Shown: in pieces, positions 9,641 to 19,997 of the stretch
How the letters are laid out: the number at the start of each line of letters is the position of its first letter
Numbering within the stretch: position 1 is the stretch's first letter
The notes under the pieces: model-generated
Databases searched by the model: none
Told to the model about the DNA's origin: nothing
Seen by the model: only the letters and a program-made list of their open reading frames with translations
Virus record (IMG/VR): IMGVR_UViG_3300025809_001850
From: a virus
Lineage: Duplodnaviria; Caudoviricetes
Strand: one strand, 5' to 3'
DNA: 64,000 bases
Position numbers and translations under genes: made by a program

Positions 9641-11572
9641 ATGGCTAAAGTAATTGGCATTGATTTAGGTACATCGAACAGTTGTGTTGCGGTGGTAGAA
9701 GCAGGAGAACCAAAAGTGATAACCAACTCAGAGGGATCAAGAACTACCCCAAGTATAGTTGGATTTGCAAAAGACGGACAGCGACTTGTAGGTCAGGCCG
9801 CAAAACGTCAAGCAATCACTAATCCAGAAAATACAATTTTTTCTGCGAAACGTCTTATAGGACGAAAATATAAAGAGATAAAGAAAGAAGTTAAAAATCT
9901 TCCTTATTCTGTTGTATCTGGTAAAAACGGAGATGCATACATCAAATGTAAAGATGGTGACGAAGAAAAGGAATATGCACCTGAGTTTATTGCAAGCATT
10001 GTGCTTGGTAAATTAAAAGCAGATGCAGAAGCATATCTTGGAGAAGAAGTAAAACAAGCAGTTATTACCGTACCTGCATACTTCAATGATTCTCAACGAC
10101 AAGCAACAAAAGATGCGGGTGAAATCGCAGGACTAGAAGTATTGCGTATCGTTAACGAACCAACCGCTGCATCTCTTGCATATGGATTAGAAAAGAAAAA
10201 TGAAGAAACTATTGCAGTTTACGACCTTGGTGGTGGAACATATGATGTATCTATTCTTGAAATAGGTGACGGAGTATTTGAAGTAAAGTCTACTAACGGT
10301 GATACACAATTGGGTGGTGACAATTGGGATGATACTCTGATTGACTATCTTGTATCTGAGTTTAAGAAAGAGTCGGGAATTGATTTACAGGAAGATGGAC
10401 AAGCAATGCAACGTCTTAAAGAAGAAGCAGAAAAAGCAAAAGTTGCGTTATCATCAAGTGCGTCCACCACAATAAATCTTCCGTTTATTACGGCAGATGC
10501 AAGTGGACCAAAACACTTAAACATTGATGTTACTCGTAGCAAGTTTGAACAAATTTGTGATTCTTTATATCAACGAACAAAAGAACCTTTTGAAAAGTGC
10601 CTTGATGACGCAGGTATCACCATGAGTGATGTTAAAAACCTCATTCTTGTTGGTGGAATGACTCGTAGTCCCAAGGTTGTAGAAATTGCAAAAGAACTTG
10701 CAGGTGGTAACGATCCACACCAAGGAGTTAATCCAGATGAAGTAGTTGCACTGGGTGCAGCCATTCAAGGTGCGATTCTTGCAGGAGACGAGGGTGTAAG
10801 TGATGTTTTGTTGCTAGATGTAACTCCACTATCACTTGGAATCGAAACTGCTGGTGGTGTATCTACACCAATGATTGAACGCAACACCACAATTCCAACC
10901 AAGAAGTCCCAAATCTTTACAACCGCAGGTGACAATCAACCAGCAGTTGATATTGTGATTCTTCAAGGAGAACGAGCAATGTCTGCCGACAATAAGAATC
11001 TTGGTACATTCAAATTAGATGGAATTCAACCTGCACCAAGAGGAACTCCTCAAATTGAAGTTACCTTTGATATTGATGCAAATGGTATTCTTAATGTAAG
11101 TGCAACTGATAAAGGAACTGGTAAAGATCAAAAAATTACTATTAGTGATTCAAGTGGACTTGACAAAGACGAAGTTGAAAAAATGAAGGCAGATGCTGAA
11201 AAGTATGCTGATGAAGATAAAAAGAAGAAAGAAGGAATAGAACTTCGCAATCAAGTAGATTCAACTGTGTATCAGGTAGAAAAAATGTTGGAAGAAAACA
11301 AAGAAAAGGTTCCCGAAGCAGAAGCAACAGAAACAAATGAACTTCTTGAGGATGTTAAAAAGCAACTTGAAGATGCTTCTATTGATGTTGCTAAATTGCA
11401 AGAGTTGAATAAAACACTAATGGATCAAATTCAAAAGTTGACTCCACATATGCAAGCAGAACAAGAAGATGTTACACCTGATAACGAAGACTCACCTACA
11501 AAAAACAAAGAAGATGTAGTTGACGCAGACTTTGAGGTGGTTGATGAGGAGGCAAAGGAATCTTCTAAGTAA
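9641..11572 (+). CDS. dnaK: Hsp70 chaperone DnaK
   Basis: [38 protein letters not shown]; full length (643 aa). Confidence 0.98.
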   Translation: MAKVIGIDLGTSNSCVAVVEAGEPKVITNSEGSRTTPSIVGFAKDGQRLVGQAAKRQAITNPENTIFSAKRLIGRKYKEIKKEVKNLPYSVVSGKNGDAYIKCKDGDEEKEYAPEFIASIVLGKLKADAEAYLGEEVKQAVITVPAYFNDSQRQATKDAGEIAGLEVLRIVNEPTAASLAYGLEKKNEETIAVYDLGGGTYDVSILEIGDGVFEVKSTNGDTQLGGDNWDDTLIDYLVSEFKKESGIDLQEDGQAMQRLKEEAEKAKVALSSSASTTINLPFITADASGPKHLNIDVTRSKFEQICDSLYQRTKEPFEKCLDDAGITMSDVKNLILVGGMTRSPKVVEIAKELAGGNDPHQGVNPDEVVALGAAIQGAILAGDEGVSDVLLLDVTPLSLGIETAGGVSTPMIERNTTIPTKKSQIFTTAGDNQPAVDIVILQGERAMSADNKNLGTFKLDGIQPAPRGTPQIEVTFDIDANGILNVSATDKGTGKDQKITISDSSGLDKDEVEKMKADAEKYADEDKKKKEGIELRNQVDSTVYQVEKMLEENKEKVPEAEATETNELLEDVKKQLEDASIDVAKLQELNKTLMDQIQKLTPHMQAEQEDVTPDNEDSPTKNKEDVVDADFEVVDEEAKESSK

Positions 11573-11602
11573 TATATACATATATATCATATATATTTTA
11601 AT

Positions 11603-11633
11603 AAAAGGTGGAAGGAAACTTCCACCTTTTTTT
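11603..11633 (+). terminator. intrinsic terminator (bidirectional-type)
   Basis: AAAAGGTGGAAG-GAAA-CTTCCACCTTTT followed by T run. Confidence 0.9.
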
Positions 11634-11664
11634 GTTTTTATAATAATTTGTTATATTTATTTAC

Positions 11665-11850
11665 ATGGGAAATGAAGTTGTTGTAACACGAATTAAGAAA
11701 CGAGCTTACGAACTACGTCACAGAAGACGGGAAGGATTTGATGACAAGCATTTAGATTCAAAGTGTATTATACACGAAATAAAGTTTTTATTTCTGATGC
11801 TAAGTGAAACTGAGAAAAGTGATATATTAAATCAACCATGGCTAGATTAA
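11665..11850 (+). CDS. hypothetical protein
   Basis: 61-aa ORF with TATATTTAT 4 nt upstream. Confidence 0.6.
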   Translation: MGNEVVVTRIKKRAYELRHRRREGFDDKHLDSKCIIHEIKFLFLMLSETEKSDILNQPWLD

Positions 11851-12536
11851 TAAATTACATATTTGATGTAGACGGAACTCTTACTCCAAGTAGATTAAAA
11901 ATGGATAACGAGTTTGAAATTTTTTTTAGGAAATGGATTTCTGATAAAAATGTATATCTATTAACTGGATCTGATCACGATAAAACTATTGAACAAGTTG
12001 GCGTTGATGTATGGAGAGAAGTTACTGAATCTCATCAATGTGGTGGAAATGTAGTTTATAAACGTGGGGATTTGATTGAAGTGAGTAAATGGGAACCGTC
12101 TAAAAAGTTACTTGATAGATGCCAAGAACTTATAGATGATTCTTCGTATGAAATTCGCACACAGAACCACTTAGAGGTACGGGTTGGTCTTTTGAACATA
12201 AGTGTGGTGGGAAGGGATTGTACCCAGGAACAACGAGAAGCATATTATGAGTGGGATAAAGTAAACAAAGACAGAGAACACATTTGTAATGTATTAAATA
12301 AAGAATTTCCAAACCTAGAGTCAAGTGCAGGTGGTCAAATTAGCATTGATATTCATCAACGAGGAAGAAACAAATCTCAAATCCGTGGGAAAATAAAAGG
12401 AGATATTTGGTTTTTTGGTGATAAAACAATGGAAGGTGGAAACGATTATCCAATTGCAAATATACTTGAAGAACCTGATAAAGTTTTCCAAGTAGACGAT
12501 TGGGAACATACATATAAGTTGTTAAAAGAGATTTAA
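11838..12536 (+). CDS. eukaryote-type phosphomannomutase (HAD IIB)
   Basis: FDVDGTLT, GGQISIDI and FFGDKTMEGGNDY. Confidence 0.88.
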   Translation: MARLINYIFDVDGTLTPSRLKMDNEFEIFFRKWISDKNVYLLTGSDHDKTIEQVGVDVWREVTESHQCGGNVVYKRGDLIEVSKWEPSKKLLDRCQELIDDSSYEIRTQNHLEVRVGLLNISVVGRDCTQEQREAYYEWDKVNKDREHICNVLNKEFPNLESSAGGQISIDIHQRGRNKSQIRGKIKGDIWFFGDKTMEGGNDYPIANILEEPDKVFQVDDWEHTYKLLKEI

Positions 12537-12538
12537 TT

Positions 12539-12970
12539 ATGATAAAGGCAGTTTTGATAGACCTTGATCGTACTTTTTGGAACTTTGATAGTTGGTCCGG
12601 TAACGAAAAAACATTACAACAACTGCAACTTGGGTTATATCCAGAATCACTTGAATGTATTGACTTACTGAAAAAGAAAGGGTACTTAGTGGGATTTGCA
12701 AGTGCAAGTTATAAAAAAGAATTGTGTGAAAAATATATTCATATGTTATTTCCACCAAAGTATCTTGACTTTGTGTACATAGAGGCAACATATCCGTCAA
12801 AGAAAAATCACTTTAATTATGTATCAACCAAGTTTAATGTTGAGTTTGGTGATATGATATTAATTGATGATCTAAAAGCAATACTCAACGATGCGGTAAA
12901 AAGTGGTCTTAATATTGTTGATGTTTCAACAACAGGACTTTCAAAAGAAAAAATTAAACACTTACTATAA
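12539..12970 (+). CDS. HAD phosphatase, MDP-1-like
   Basis: DLDRTFW motif I, FAS motif II and LIDD motif IV. Confidence 0.75.
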   Translation: MIKAVLIDLDRTFWNFDSWSGNEKTLQQLQLGLYPESLECIDLLKKKGYLVGFASASYKKELCEKYIHMLFPPKYLDFVYIEATYPSKKNHFNYVSTKFNVEFGDMILIDDLKAILNDAVKSGLNIVDVSTTGLSKEKIKHLL

Positions 12971-13413
12971 TGGAAAAAATAACAAAAGGATTCACCTGTG
13001 GGGCAATGGACGTATTTCATGCGGGTCACGTGCTTATGATGGAAGACTGTAAACGACATTGCGATTATTTGATCGTAGGATTGCACACCAATCCACAATT
13101 AGATAGAGCAGACAAAAACAAACCAATTCAATCAGTTGTAGAACGATACATACAACTTCGTGGAAGTAAGTTCGTTGATGAAATTATTCCATACGAAACT
13201 GAATCAGATTTAATTGAAATTCTTAAAGGTATAAATTATGATGTTAGGTTTGTCGGTGACGATTGGAAAGATAAACCCTTTACAGGACATGATTTACCAG
13301 GACATTTGAATAAAGTGTTGTACAACTCTAGGCAACATGATTATAGCAGTTCTGCGTTGAGGCATAGAGTCACACAGGGTGAGACAAAAGAAAAGAAATC
13401 TAAACGTAAATAA
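12970..13413 (+). CDS. cytidylyltransferase (TagD/glycerol-3-phosphate type)
   Basis: GAMDVFHAGH (HxGH), YLIVGL, VGDDWK and YSSSALR. Confidence 0.88.
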   Translation: MEKITKGFTCGAMDVFHAGHVLMMEDCKRHCDYLIVGLHTNPQLDRADKNKPIQSVVERYIQLRGSKFVDEIIPYETESDLIEILKGINYDVRFVGDDWKDKPFTGHDLPGHLNKVLYNSRQHDYSSSALRHRVTQGETKEKKSKRK

Positions 13414-13470
13414 AATATATATTATATTTATATTCAAATAAAGGTTATATTCACTTAATGCTGATGTGAT

Positions 13471-13938
13471 ATGAACTTTATTTACTTTATATGTCCCGAA
13501 ACTCCACAACTTGCAAAATATTGCGAGGGGTTTTTTAATTATTTAACGTACGGATACAAAACATGGAGTCGTGATAGGTATATACAAACATCTCCTAAAG
13601 AAAAACAAGGCCAATCTAGATTGCCGATGCGGAAACACGTTCCTCAAATCGAAGAAATGAAAGCAGGAGATCCGGTTCTTGATAGAATTTATCAAAAGGT
13701 AATTACAAGTGATTGCTATGAACATTCTTATAGCAGACTTACTGATCTGGATATATATAAAAGTGAATTGATGGTGTTTATTACATCAAAGGACAAACCC
13801 GAACGACCTCCTGCTTATTTATATACCAAAACCAACTCAGTTGTTGTGTGGAAAGTGTCTAATATAAATAAACTAAGTAACAATAAATATCATCTTCTTG
13901 AATCACAAATTAGAAGATTGGCCAAACCCAAAGACTAA
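13471..13938 (+). CDS. hypothetical protein
   Basis: 155-aa ORF. Confidence 0.65.
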   Translation: MNFIYFICPETPQLAKYCEGFFNYLTYGYKTWSRDRYIQTSPKEKQGQSRLPMRKHVPQIEEMKAGDPVLDRIYQKVITSDCYEHSYSRLTDLDIYKSELMVFITSKDKPERPPAYLYTKTNSVVVWKVSNINKLSNNKYHLLESQIRRLAKPKD

Positions 13939-13942
13939 TATA

Positions 13943-16372
13943 TCAATCGTAGAGATTTTCTACAATTTCACCAAAATTTCTCATAATAATACCAGCACAC
14001 GCATTTGCTTCGTTTTCTATATCACTTCCTGTTTGACCACTATCCACTTCAAGAACTCCAAGTTCATTTTGTTTTTGATGAACTAGTTCATGTGCTAAAC
14101 TTCTGCATACATCTGGAAATGCTCTGCCTTTTGTATATATAGAAATCTCGTTTGTATTAGGATCGTAACAAGCAGCTGTCATGTTCTCGTGCCTCTGTGT
14201 TAAAAGTTTCACAGATACCTTTTCTTTTAATTGCAAAGCTTTTCTTGCAAACTTGATAAACTCATGAACATTATCTTTGTTCATTGCGACTTCGTTTAAT
14301 GATTCTTTTGTATATTTCATATTCATTTCGTTTATATTTGCTCCACCTGTTCTGACAATTTCACGAAAGAACCAACGAGTCCACTCTCCGAGTTTGCCTG
14401 GTCCTTTTACTATATATAGTTTAAATGCTTCTGCAAATGCTTCTTCTGCATTTGTATTTCCGTAACTTGTAATGTGTTCAATTGGAATTTCTTTACCAGG
14501 ACCAACCCATCTATCTGCTAATTTTGTTACAACTTCTTTTCTGTCTTCGGCTGAATAAACTCCTGTCATTTGCAATGCTTTGAACTTAGCTTTGGTCTCG
14601 GCGTTGTCTTCTTTTTTGTCAATGACTCTCAATCCTGCTTTTCTTTTGTGAAGTTTTTCTCCATATTGATTGAAATACTTTTCTACATAATCTTCTACAT
14701 CTTTACGTTCAATAGATACTTTCTTGCTTTTGATTGTATCTTGCCAATGCTTCTTTGCATTAGATGGAACATTACGATACCAAAAACGATGACCAAGTTC
14801 GTGAGTGAATGTATCTTGGGTCATTCCACACCCGTACAACTTGAGCATATCTTTGTTCATATAATACTCACCATTAACCATATCGTTGCTATTATCTGAT
14901 GTTAGACCGAAGTCTAAATCAACGGTTAATCCTTCTATGCACTTTCCGAATCCTGCTTTTTGAATTTTCTTTGACCAATGCTTGATTCCATTTACCAACT
15001 CCTTGAAACTTTTTTCACGACTTGCTTCACCTTGTTCTGTTCCACCTTTTCGTTTGAAGTTATGAATAACCAATTTAACGGGTCCTATTTGTGCTTGTTC
15101 AATTGGTTTCTCTCGTTCTTGATCACCTTCTATTGCGATGTATTGAAGAAGTGCTTTGATTCCCTCACGAAATTGTGATCTGTATCTTCTGATATTGGTT
15201 TCTCGTTCTTTAGCAAGTCTTTGTGGACTTACACGATGCTTTTTATCTATAAAGTCCCACATCTCTGGAAAGTTTCCACCAAGACCTGTAACTGCTCCCC
15301 AACATTTTTCACGAACTTCTTTTTCTTCCCAGGTTTCCATCTTCTTACCACTCGCACCTGTATGTTTATACTGCAAAAAGAATTTGTAAACCCATTGTTC
15401 AAAGTTTTCTTGGAATGTACCAAATGCTCTTCTTACTTTCTTAAAGTCTTTGATTGTTTGTGGGTCTTGACTATTATCACCAATTGATTTATATGCCTTT
15501 GTAAGAACTCTTAAATCCTTTGCCCACTTTTTTACAGAGCTGCTATCAACCTTCACTTTGCTTTCTGAAATGACTTCCGACAACTTTCCTTTTTGTATAT
15601 ACATATATAAACCTGCTAATCGTTTCTTAAACTTCTTGAGATATTTGCTATTGATGTATGTAAGAAAGTCTTTATCAAAGAACTCTACATCAATTGCCCA
15701 ATCTTGAAATGCTTTGTAACTTTCTAATTTTTTCTTTTTAAAGTCAGCAAGAAATTCTGGACGATGTGCGAATCTGTCGGATAGATTTTTCCATACACGA
15801 ATTATTTGAGATTGTCCTGCTTGGTAATATGCATTAAATTCTTCTGGTGTGTTGTAGTATCCTTCTATATCTTGTGTATCTAAGTACTTGGCACTTGTTT
15901 TTCCTAAACCACGACTACGATACCTTAAATGATCAAGAAAGTGTATGTATTCGTGAATGAATGTATCTTTATCAAGACGAGTATCCATATACTTGCCATT
16001 GTAATCACCAAGTAGATTAGCATTTACAATTACACCTTTAAATGATATTCCACCCACTTTCAAACTTTTGTTTGTAAAACCACCTGCGATTGTTACTCCA
16101 CCACGTGATGTACTTTTTGTTGGAATGAAAAATAATACTACCTCACTTAAAGAAGGAAAGTTTTTGTCTATGTCTGTTCCTCTAAGAGCAACACCTTTCC
16201 ATTGTGTAAGTGGTATAAATGGTTTGTTGACTATACTATTCTCACCCTCACCTTCAATTTTATCTTTATGTTTAGTTAAAAATCGCACCACTTTATCATA
16301 TGCTTTCTCGGCAATACCTGTGTAATACATATCTTGCTCTACATTTGCTTCTTTAATATGGGTGCTATTCAT
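13943..16372 (-). CDS. multidomain protein with three HExxH zincin-like motifs
   Basis: FIHEYIH, FTHELGH...EEAFAEAF, LAHELVH...ENEANA; ATG at 16372 preceded by TATATTTAT. Confidence 0.8.
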   Translation of the reverse strand: MNSTHIKEANVEQDMYYTGIAEKAYDKVVRFLTKHKDKIEGEGENSIVNKPFIPLTQWKGVALRGTDIDKNFPSLSEVVLFFIPTKSTSRGGVTIAGGFTNKSLKVGGISFKGVIVNANLLGDYNGKYMDTRLDKDTFIHEYIHFLDHLRYRSRGLGKTSAKYLDTQDIEGYYNTPEEFNAYYQAGQSQIIRVWKNLSDRFAHRPEFLADFKKKKLESYKAFQDWAIDVEFFDKDFLTYINSKYLKKFKKRLAGLYMYIQKGKLSEVISESKVKVDSSSVKKWAKDLRVLTKAYKSIGDNSQDPQTIKDFKKVRRAFGTFQENFEQWVYKFFLQYKHTGASGKKMETWEEKEVREKCWGAVTGLGGNFPEMWDFIDKKHRVSPQRLAKERETNIRRYRSQFREGIKALLQYIAIEGDQEREKPIEQAQIGPVKLVIHNFKRKGGTEQGEASREKSFKELVNGIKHWSKKIQKAGFGKCIEGLTVDLDFGLTSDNSNDMVNGEYYMNKDMLKLYGCGMTQDTFTHELGHRFWYRNVPSNAKKHWQDTIKSKKVSIERKDVEDYVEKYFNQYGEKLHKRKAGLRVIDKKEDNAETKAKFKALQMTGVYSAEDRKEVVTKLADRWVGPGKEIPIEHITSYGNTNAEEAFAEAFKLYIVKGPGKLGEWTRWFFREIVRTGGANINEMNMKYTKESLNEVAMNKDNVHEFIKFARKALQLKEKVSVKLLTQRHENMTAACYDPNTNEISIYTKGRAFPDVCRSLAHELVHQKQNELGVLEVDSGQTGSDIENEANACAGIIMRNFGEIVENLYD

Positions 16373-16401
16373 CAAGTATAAATATATACAATGTTATTAA
16401 A

Positions 16402-16430
16402 TTGACTATTTTAGTCATATCTGACATACT
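16402..16430 (+). promoter_or_regulatory. sigma70-type promoter, leaderless geometry, with inverted repeat over -35
   Basis: TTGACT-N17-CATACT-N6-ATG; TGACTA-TTT-TAGTCA palindrome. Confidence 0.7.
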
Positions 16431-16436
16431 AACATA

Positions 16437-17453
16437 ATGTCTGCTAATGTGAAACCTTTTTTTGAAGACACCACAATACCACATCTTAATTCAATTGTTA
16501 ATGGTGATTGTTATGAACTTTGTAAAGAACTTCCACCAAATTCCATTGATTGTGTGATTACATCACCACCTTATTTTCAACAAAGAGATTATGGAAGTAG
16601 TGTCGGAGAAGAAGAAACAATAGACGAATATATATACTCGTTAACCAAGGTTGTAAAAGAACTTGTAAGAGTTGTTAAACCAACTGGCAGTATTCTGTAT
16701 AATGTCGGTGACAAGTATCTACCCAACGATGGACTTCAACTTATTCCATATAAGTTTGCGGAACACATTAAAAATGAACTTAATTTATATTTGGTGAATG
16801 TTATTCAATGGCATAAAACGAATCCAACACCTCATCAATGTAAAACAAGACTTGTTAATTCTACCGAACCTTTCTTTCACTTTACATTAGAAAAAAGTTA
16901 TTACTATAACAAAGATGACTTTGAAAAAACTGATATTGATTTAAGTTGCAATCGTTCTGATACAAAAGGATTAAAATATCTTGATATGTTGAGTGAATCC
17001 ACTTTATCTGATTCTGAAAAGATATTTGCTGAACAAGAAATCAATAAAGTTATCAATGAATATAGACAAGGTGAATTGTATGACTTTCGTATAAAGATTC
17101 GTGGTGTTCACGCACCTGCGTATGGTGGTCAACAAGGTGGAAGAACAAACCAATTAAAGAACCAAGGATTCACCATCATTCGTATGCACGGACAAAAAAT
17201 GAAAACAGACGTACTAAGTCACGCAGTTGGCAATCACAAAAATACAAATCATTCTGCGATGTATCCAAGTTCTTTGATTGAAAGAATTATTCCGTTGGTA
17301 TGTCCTGAGAATGGAATTATACTTGATCCGTATATGGGAAGTGGAAGTACTGCAATTGCTTCTATGCATACCAATAGAAACTTTATTGGATTTGAACTTA
17401 ATTCTGATTATTGTGATTTAGCAAATAATCGAATAAAAAAGAACCAATCCTAA
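16437..17453 (+). CDS. N4/N6 amino DNA methyltransferase (beta class)
   Basis: ITSPPY near N-terminus; LDPYMGSGST near C-terminus. Confidence 0.92.
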   Translation: MSANVKPFFEDTTIPHLNSIVNGDCYELCKELPPNSIDCVITSPPYFQQRDYGSSVGEEETIDEYIYSLTKVVKELVRVVKPTGSILYNVGDKYLPNDGLQLIPYKFAEHIKNELNLYLVNVIQWHKTNPTPHQCKTRLVNSTEPFFHFTLEKSYYYNKDDFEKTDIDLSCNRSDTKGLKYLDMLSESTLSDSEKIFAEQEINKVINEYRQGELYDFRIKIRGVHAPAYGGQQGGRTNQLKNQGFTIIRMHGQKMKTDVLSHAVGNHKNTNHSAMYPSSLIERIIPLVCPENGIILDPYMGSGSTAIASMHTNRNFIGFELNSDYCDLANNRIKKNQS

Positions 17454-17465
17454 AATTGGTTCTTT
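17438..17465. terminator. hairpin terminator between convergent genes
   Basis: AAAGAACCAAT-CCTAAA-ATTGGTTCTTT. Confidence 0.7.
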
Positions 17466-17487
17466 AATATAACCTTTGGTTTTTGTA

Positions 17488-17604
17488 TTACTCGTTACCG
17501 GTTAGAATATACCAAACCTGTAAGCAAATAATAAAACTAAATGCAACTATTCCACCAAGTAGTTCATAAACTGCGTATAACCTACTTTTTAGATTCTTAT
17601 TCAT
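17488..17604 (-). CDS. 38-aa single-TM microprotein (not in ORF track)
   Basis: MNKNLKSRLYAVYELLGGIVAFSFIICLQVWYILTGNE; ATGA overlap with clamp loader stop. Confidence 0.6.
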   Translation of the reverse strand: MNKNLKSRLYAVYELLGGIVAFSFIICLQVWYILTGNE

Positions 17605-18557
17605 AGTGTTTGAACAATTTGTGCAATGGTTGATGCAAATGTAATTTCTTTATCAACAACTAAACTATCGTGGTAAGTTTGCTGATCAAGCATAATAACA
17701 ATGTTTGCACTTTTACCGGGAGCATACTCATCTACATTATCAAACAAAAACTTGTAAACATCTGTGAAGTCATTTATTTTTTCATTTGCAATAAGTTGAC
17801 GAGCCGTTAACCATGCATTCTTTTTGTCTTTACTTGCATTCTTTAGAATGTCCAACAACTTTAACTTATAGTCACCTTCAATAAGGTCTTCTTTGATAAT
17901 CTCAAGAGTACCATGAATGCTATTCTGTTGAGCATTGTTAATTACCTTACGAATATCAGGATAACCTTTGTTTACAATCAATGCAATATCATCTGGTTGT
18001 GCTTTGATTTCTTGTTTAGCAAGAATCTTGGCAAGATGAATTGCGACATCTTTACGATTAGGAGGAACGATGTTGAATGTTTGACAACGACTGACAATCG
18101 GTTCAATAATCTTTTCGTGGTAATTACAAGTAAGAATAAAACGAGTAGTCATACTAAACTGCTCCATTAAATTTCTTAAAGCAGCCTGAGCATTACCTGT
18201 GAGAAAGTCACACTCGTCAAGCAATACGACTTTAAGATCATTGAATCCCATACTGCTTGCGAACGACTTAATCTTGGTACGCACGGTATCAACATTGTTT
18301 TCGTCACTTGCATTGATATACAAATGATCACACGGAATCTGCTTTGTAATCAACTTACCAAGTGTGGTTTTACCTGTACCTGCTTTTCCATACAAAAGCA
18401 AATGTGGAATGTCACGTGACTCAATCCACGAAGCAGCTCGTTTCTTTAAAGGTTCGTTTCCAATATAATCAGAAAGGTCTTTGGGTCGATATTTCTCGAC
18501 CCAAAGACTATTTTCCGATTCAACTGGAGACTTTGTTGCTTCTTCTAAAAAATTCAT
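17601..18557 (-). CDS. gp44: clamp loader AAA+ subunit (gp44/RFC-like)
   Basis: WVEKYRP, GKAGTGKT, NASDE, LDECD and SRC. Confidence 0.95.
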   Translation of the reverse strand: MNFLEEATKSPVESENSLWVEKYRPKDLSDYIGNEPLKKRAASWIESRDIPHLLLYGKAGTGKTTLGKLITKQIPCDHLYINASDENNVDTVRTKIKSFASSMGFNDLKVVLLDECDFLTGNAQAALRNLMEQFSMTTRFILTCNYHEKIIEPIVSRCQTFNIVPPNRKDVAIHLAKILAKQEIKAQPDDIALIVNKGYPDIRKVINNAQQNSIHGTLEIIKEDLIEGDYKLKLLDILKNASKDKKNAWLTARQLIANEKINDFTDVYKFLFDNVDEYAPGKSANIVIMLDQQTYHDSLVVDKEITFASTIAQIVQTL

Positions 18558-19282
18558 TAATCGGTTGTTTGAATTTCAACCAAGTAATAACTGCTACGGA
18601 AGTCACCGACTTCAAACTCAATGCTTGCAATTCCCTTGGAACTGACATTGAGAACGCTCTTTTCAGAGTCACTATTTGCATTAAGAATTTCCTTGAAATA
18701 CTTCGAGGAAAAACTAATGGGGTCTGTGAGAGTGCTTGACCCTTCGTTAATCGCACTTAAAGAAACACGATTACTATTGATTGTGGAATAACCAATTACC
18801 AACTGAATTCCGTCTTTTGAAGGAACAATGGTAAATGTATCACAATCACTTAATGCACTTGCAGAACGAACAAACTTCTTCGCGAAGTCGTTGCTGAAAG
18901 GAATTTGCAGATCATATTCTGGTAAATCCTTCAATGCAGGAACATTAGGAATTACTGCTAAGTCAGCAAGCATGAAGTTTACACTTGTTGTATCGTCTGA
19001 TACACTAACACTAACGTTCTTTTCGTTTTTCTCAACGACTTCAACATTAATGTCATCACCAACAACTGCTAAAAGTTGCTTTAACTTTGCAGTATCATAA
19101 ACACCAATTTCACCTTCACCGAGTTCAAAGTCTTTTGTAGAAACTTTGCCGAGAACACTTTTGTCATCGGTAATGAAGGTGGTTTCGCAAACGTTGTCTC
19201 CGTTGGTATTCCATTTAACTGATTCCACGTTACCATTAAGGTTGTAACGAGAAATGAATTGTAGTACTTTATCTTTTTTCAT
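18557..19282 (-). CDS. gp45: sliding clamp (gp45/PCNA-like)
   Basis: 241 aa, beta-rich, directly upstream of clamp loader; GIYD-like GVYDTAKL. Confidence 0.85.
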   Translation of the reverse strand: MKKDKVLQFISRYNLNGNVESVKWNTNGDNVCETTFITDDKSVLGKVSTKDFELGEGEIGVYDTAKLKQLLAVVGDDINVEVVEKNEKNVSVSVSDDTTSVNFMLADLAVIPNVPALKDLPEYDLQIPFSNDFAKKFVRSASALSDCDTFTIVPSKDGIQLVIGYSTINSNRVSLSAINEGSSTLTDPISFSSKYFKEILNANSDSEKSVLNVSSKGIASIEFEVGDFRSSYYLVEIQTTD

Positions 19283-19289
19283 AGTTTAT

Positions 19290-19318
19290 ATAATATTATT
19301 TTAATTGTTATTTGTCAA
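19290..19318 (-). promoter_or_regulatory. sigma70-type promoter of clamp operon
   Basis: TTGACA-N17-TATTAT-N7-ATG. Confidence 0.8.
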
Positions 19319-19326
19319 TGTTTTTG

Positions 19327-19578
19327 TTATTCATCGGGGTTTTCCAAAATCTTTTCGTAATTGTACTCGTTTTTCTTTTTTGCACAATTGGTTACAAGTT
19401 CTTGTACATAGGATGAAAGTAGTTCTTGTGATACGGTATCTATATTTTTTTCTGTTTTTATCATATCTAAAAATGCGTCATTAACTTCAAATAACATATC
19501 AGGAACACCTTGTTCGGTTTGTGTTATATCGATCACTTCTATGTGAGGTTCTTTGCTTTTTTTATGATATGCATCCAT
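19327..19578 (-). CDS. hypothetical protein
   Basis: 83-aa ORF in operon context. Confidence 0.65.
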   Translation of the reverse strand: MDAYHKKSKEPHIEVIDITQTEQGVPDMLFEVNDAFLDMIKTEKNIDTVSQELLSSYVQELVTNCAKKKNEYNYEKILENPDE

Positions 19579-19942
19579 CTGTGATCATACTCCTAAGTTG
19601 TGCAGGTATCATCTCCACCTTTTCATTTTTTGTATTATTCAGAACAAGAGAGTGGTTTTTGATTTCTGCGTTCATAAAACTGTCTATATCAAAAAAGTGA
19701 ATAATATTCTTATATGATATTTCTAATATTCTATCGGAAGACTTCATACTCTTAATGTCATGTAACTTATGCTCATACATTTGATTTCTAATCATAATAA
19801 CGTGACACTCGGTTATTGCAGAATACAACCCGTAGAACTTTTTTTCTTTTTTGAGATCAAACATAGAAGAAAACCTAGATGCGTATTTTTTGTAACGATC
19901 ATCTTGTTCTTCTTCTATATCAAATAAGTCTTCGTAAAACAT
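19562..19942 (-). CDS. hypothetical protein
   Basis: 126-aa ORF; TTGACC-N17-TAATAT upstream. Confidence 0.65.
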   Translation of the reverse strand: MFYEDLFDIEEEQDDRYKKYASRFSSMFDLKKEKKFYGLYSAITECHVIMIRNQMYEHKLHDIKSMKSSDRILEISYKNIIHFFDIDSFMNAEIKNHSLVLNNTKNEKVEMIPAQLRSMITDGCIS

Positions 19943-19997
19943 TTTTAATTTTTATATATGTATATATTATATTATATATGTATATATAGGTCAAGCA

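Noticed and set aside
11838-18557. Giant eukaryotic virus origin (HAD PMM, RFC-like loader)
   Set aside because: rIIA/B, IF-1, sigma70 promoters, CCA tRNAs and PhoH indicate a bacteriophage.
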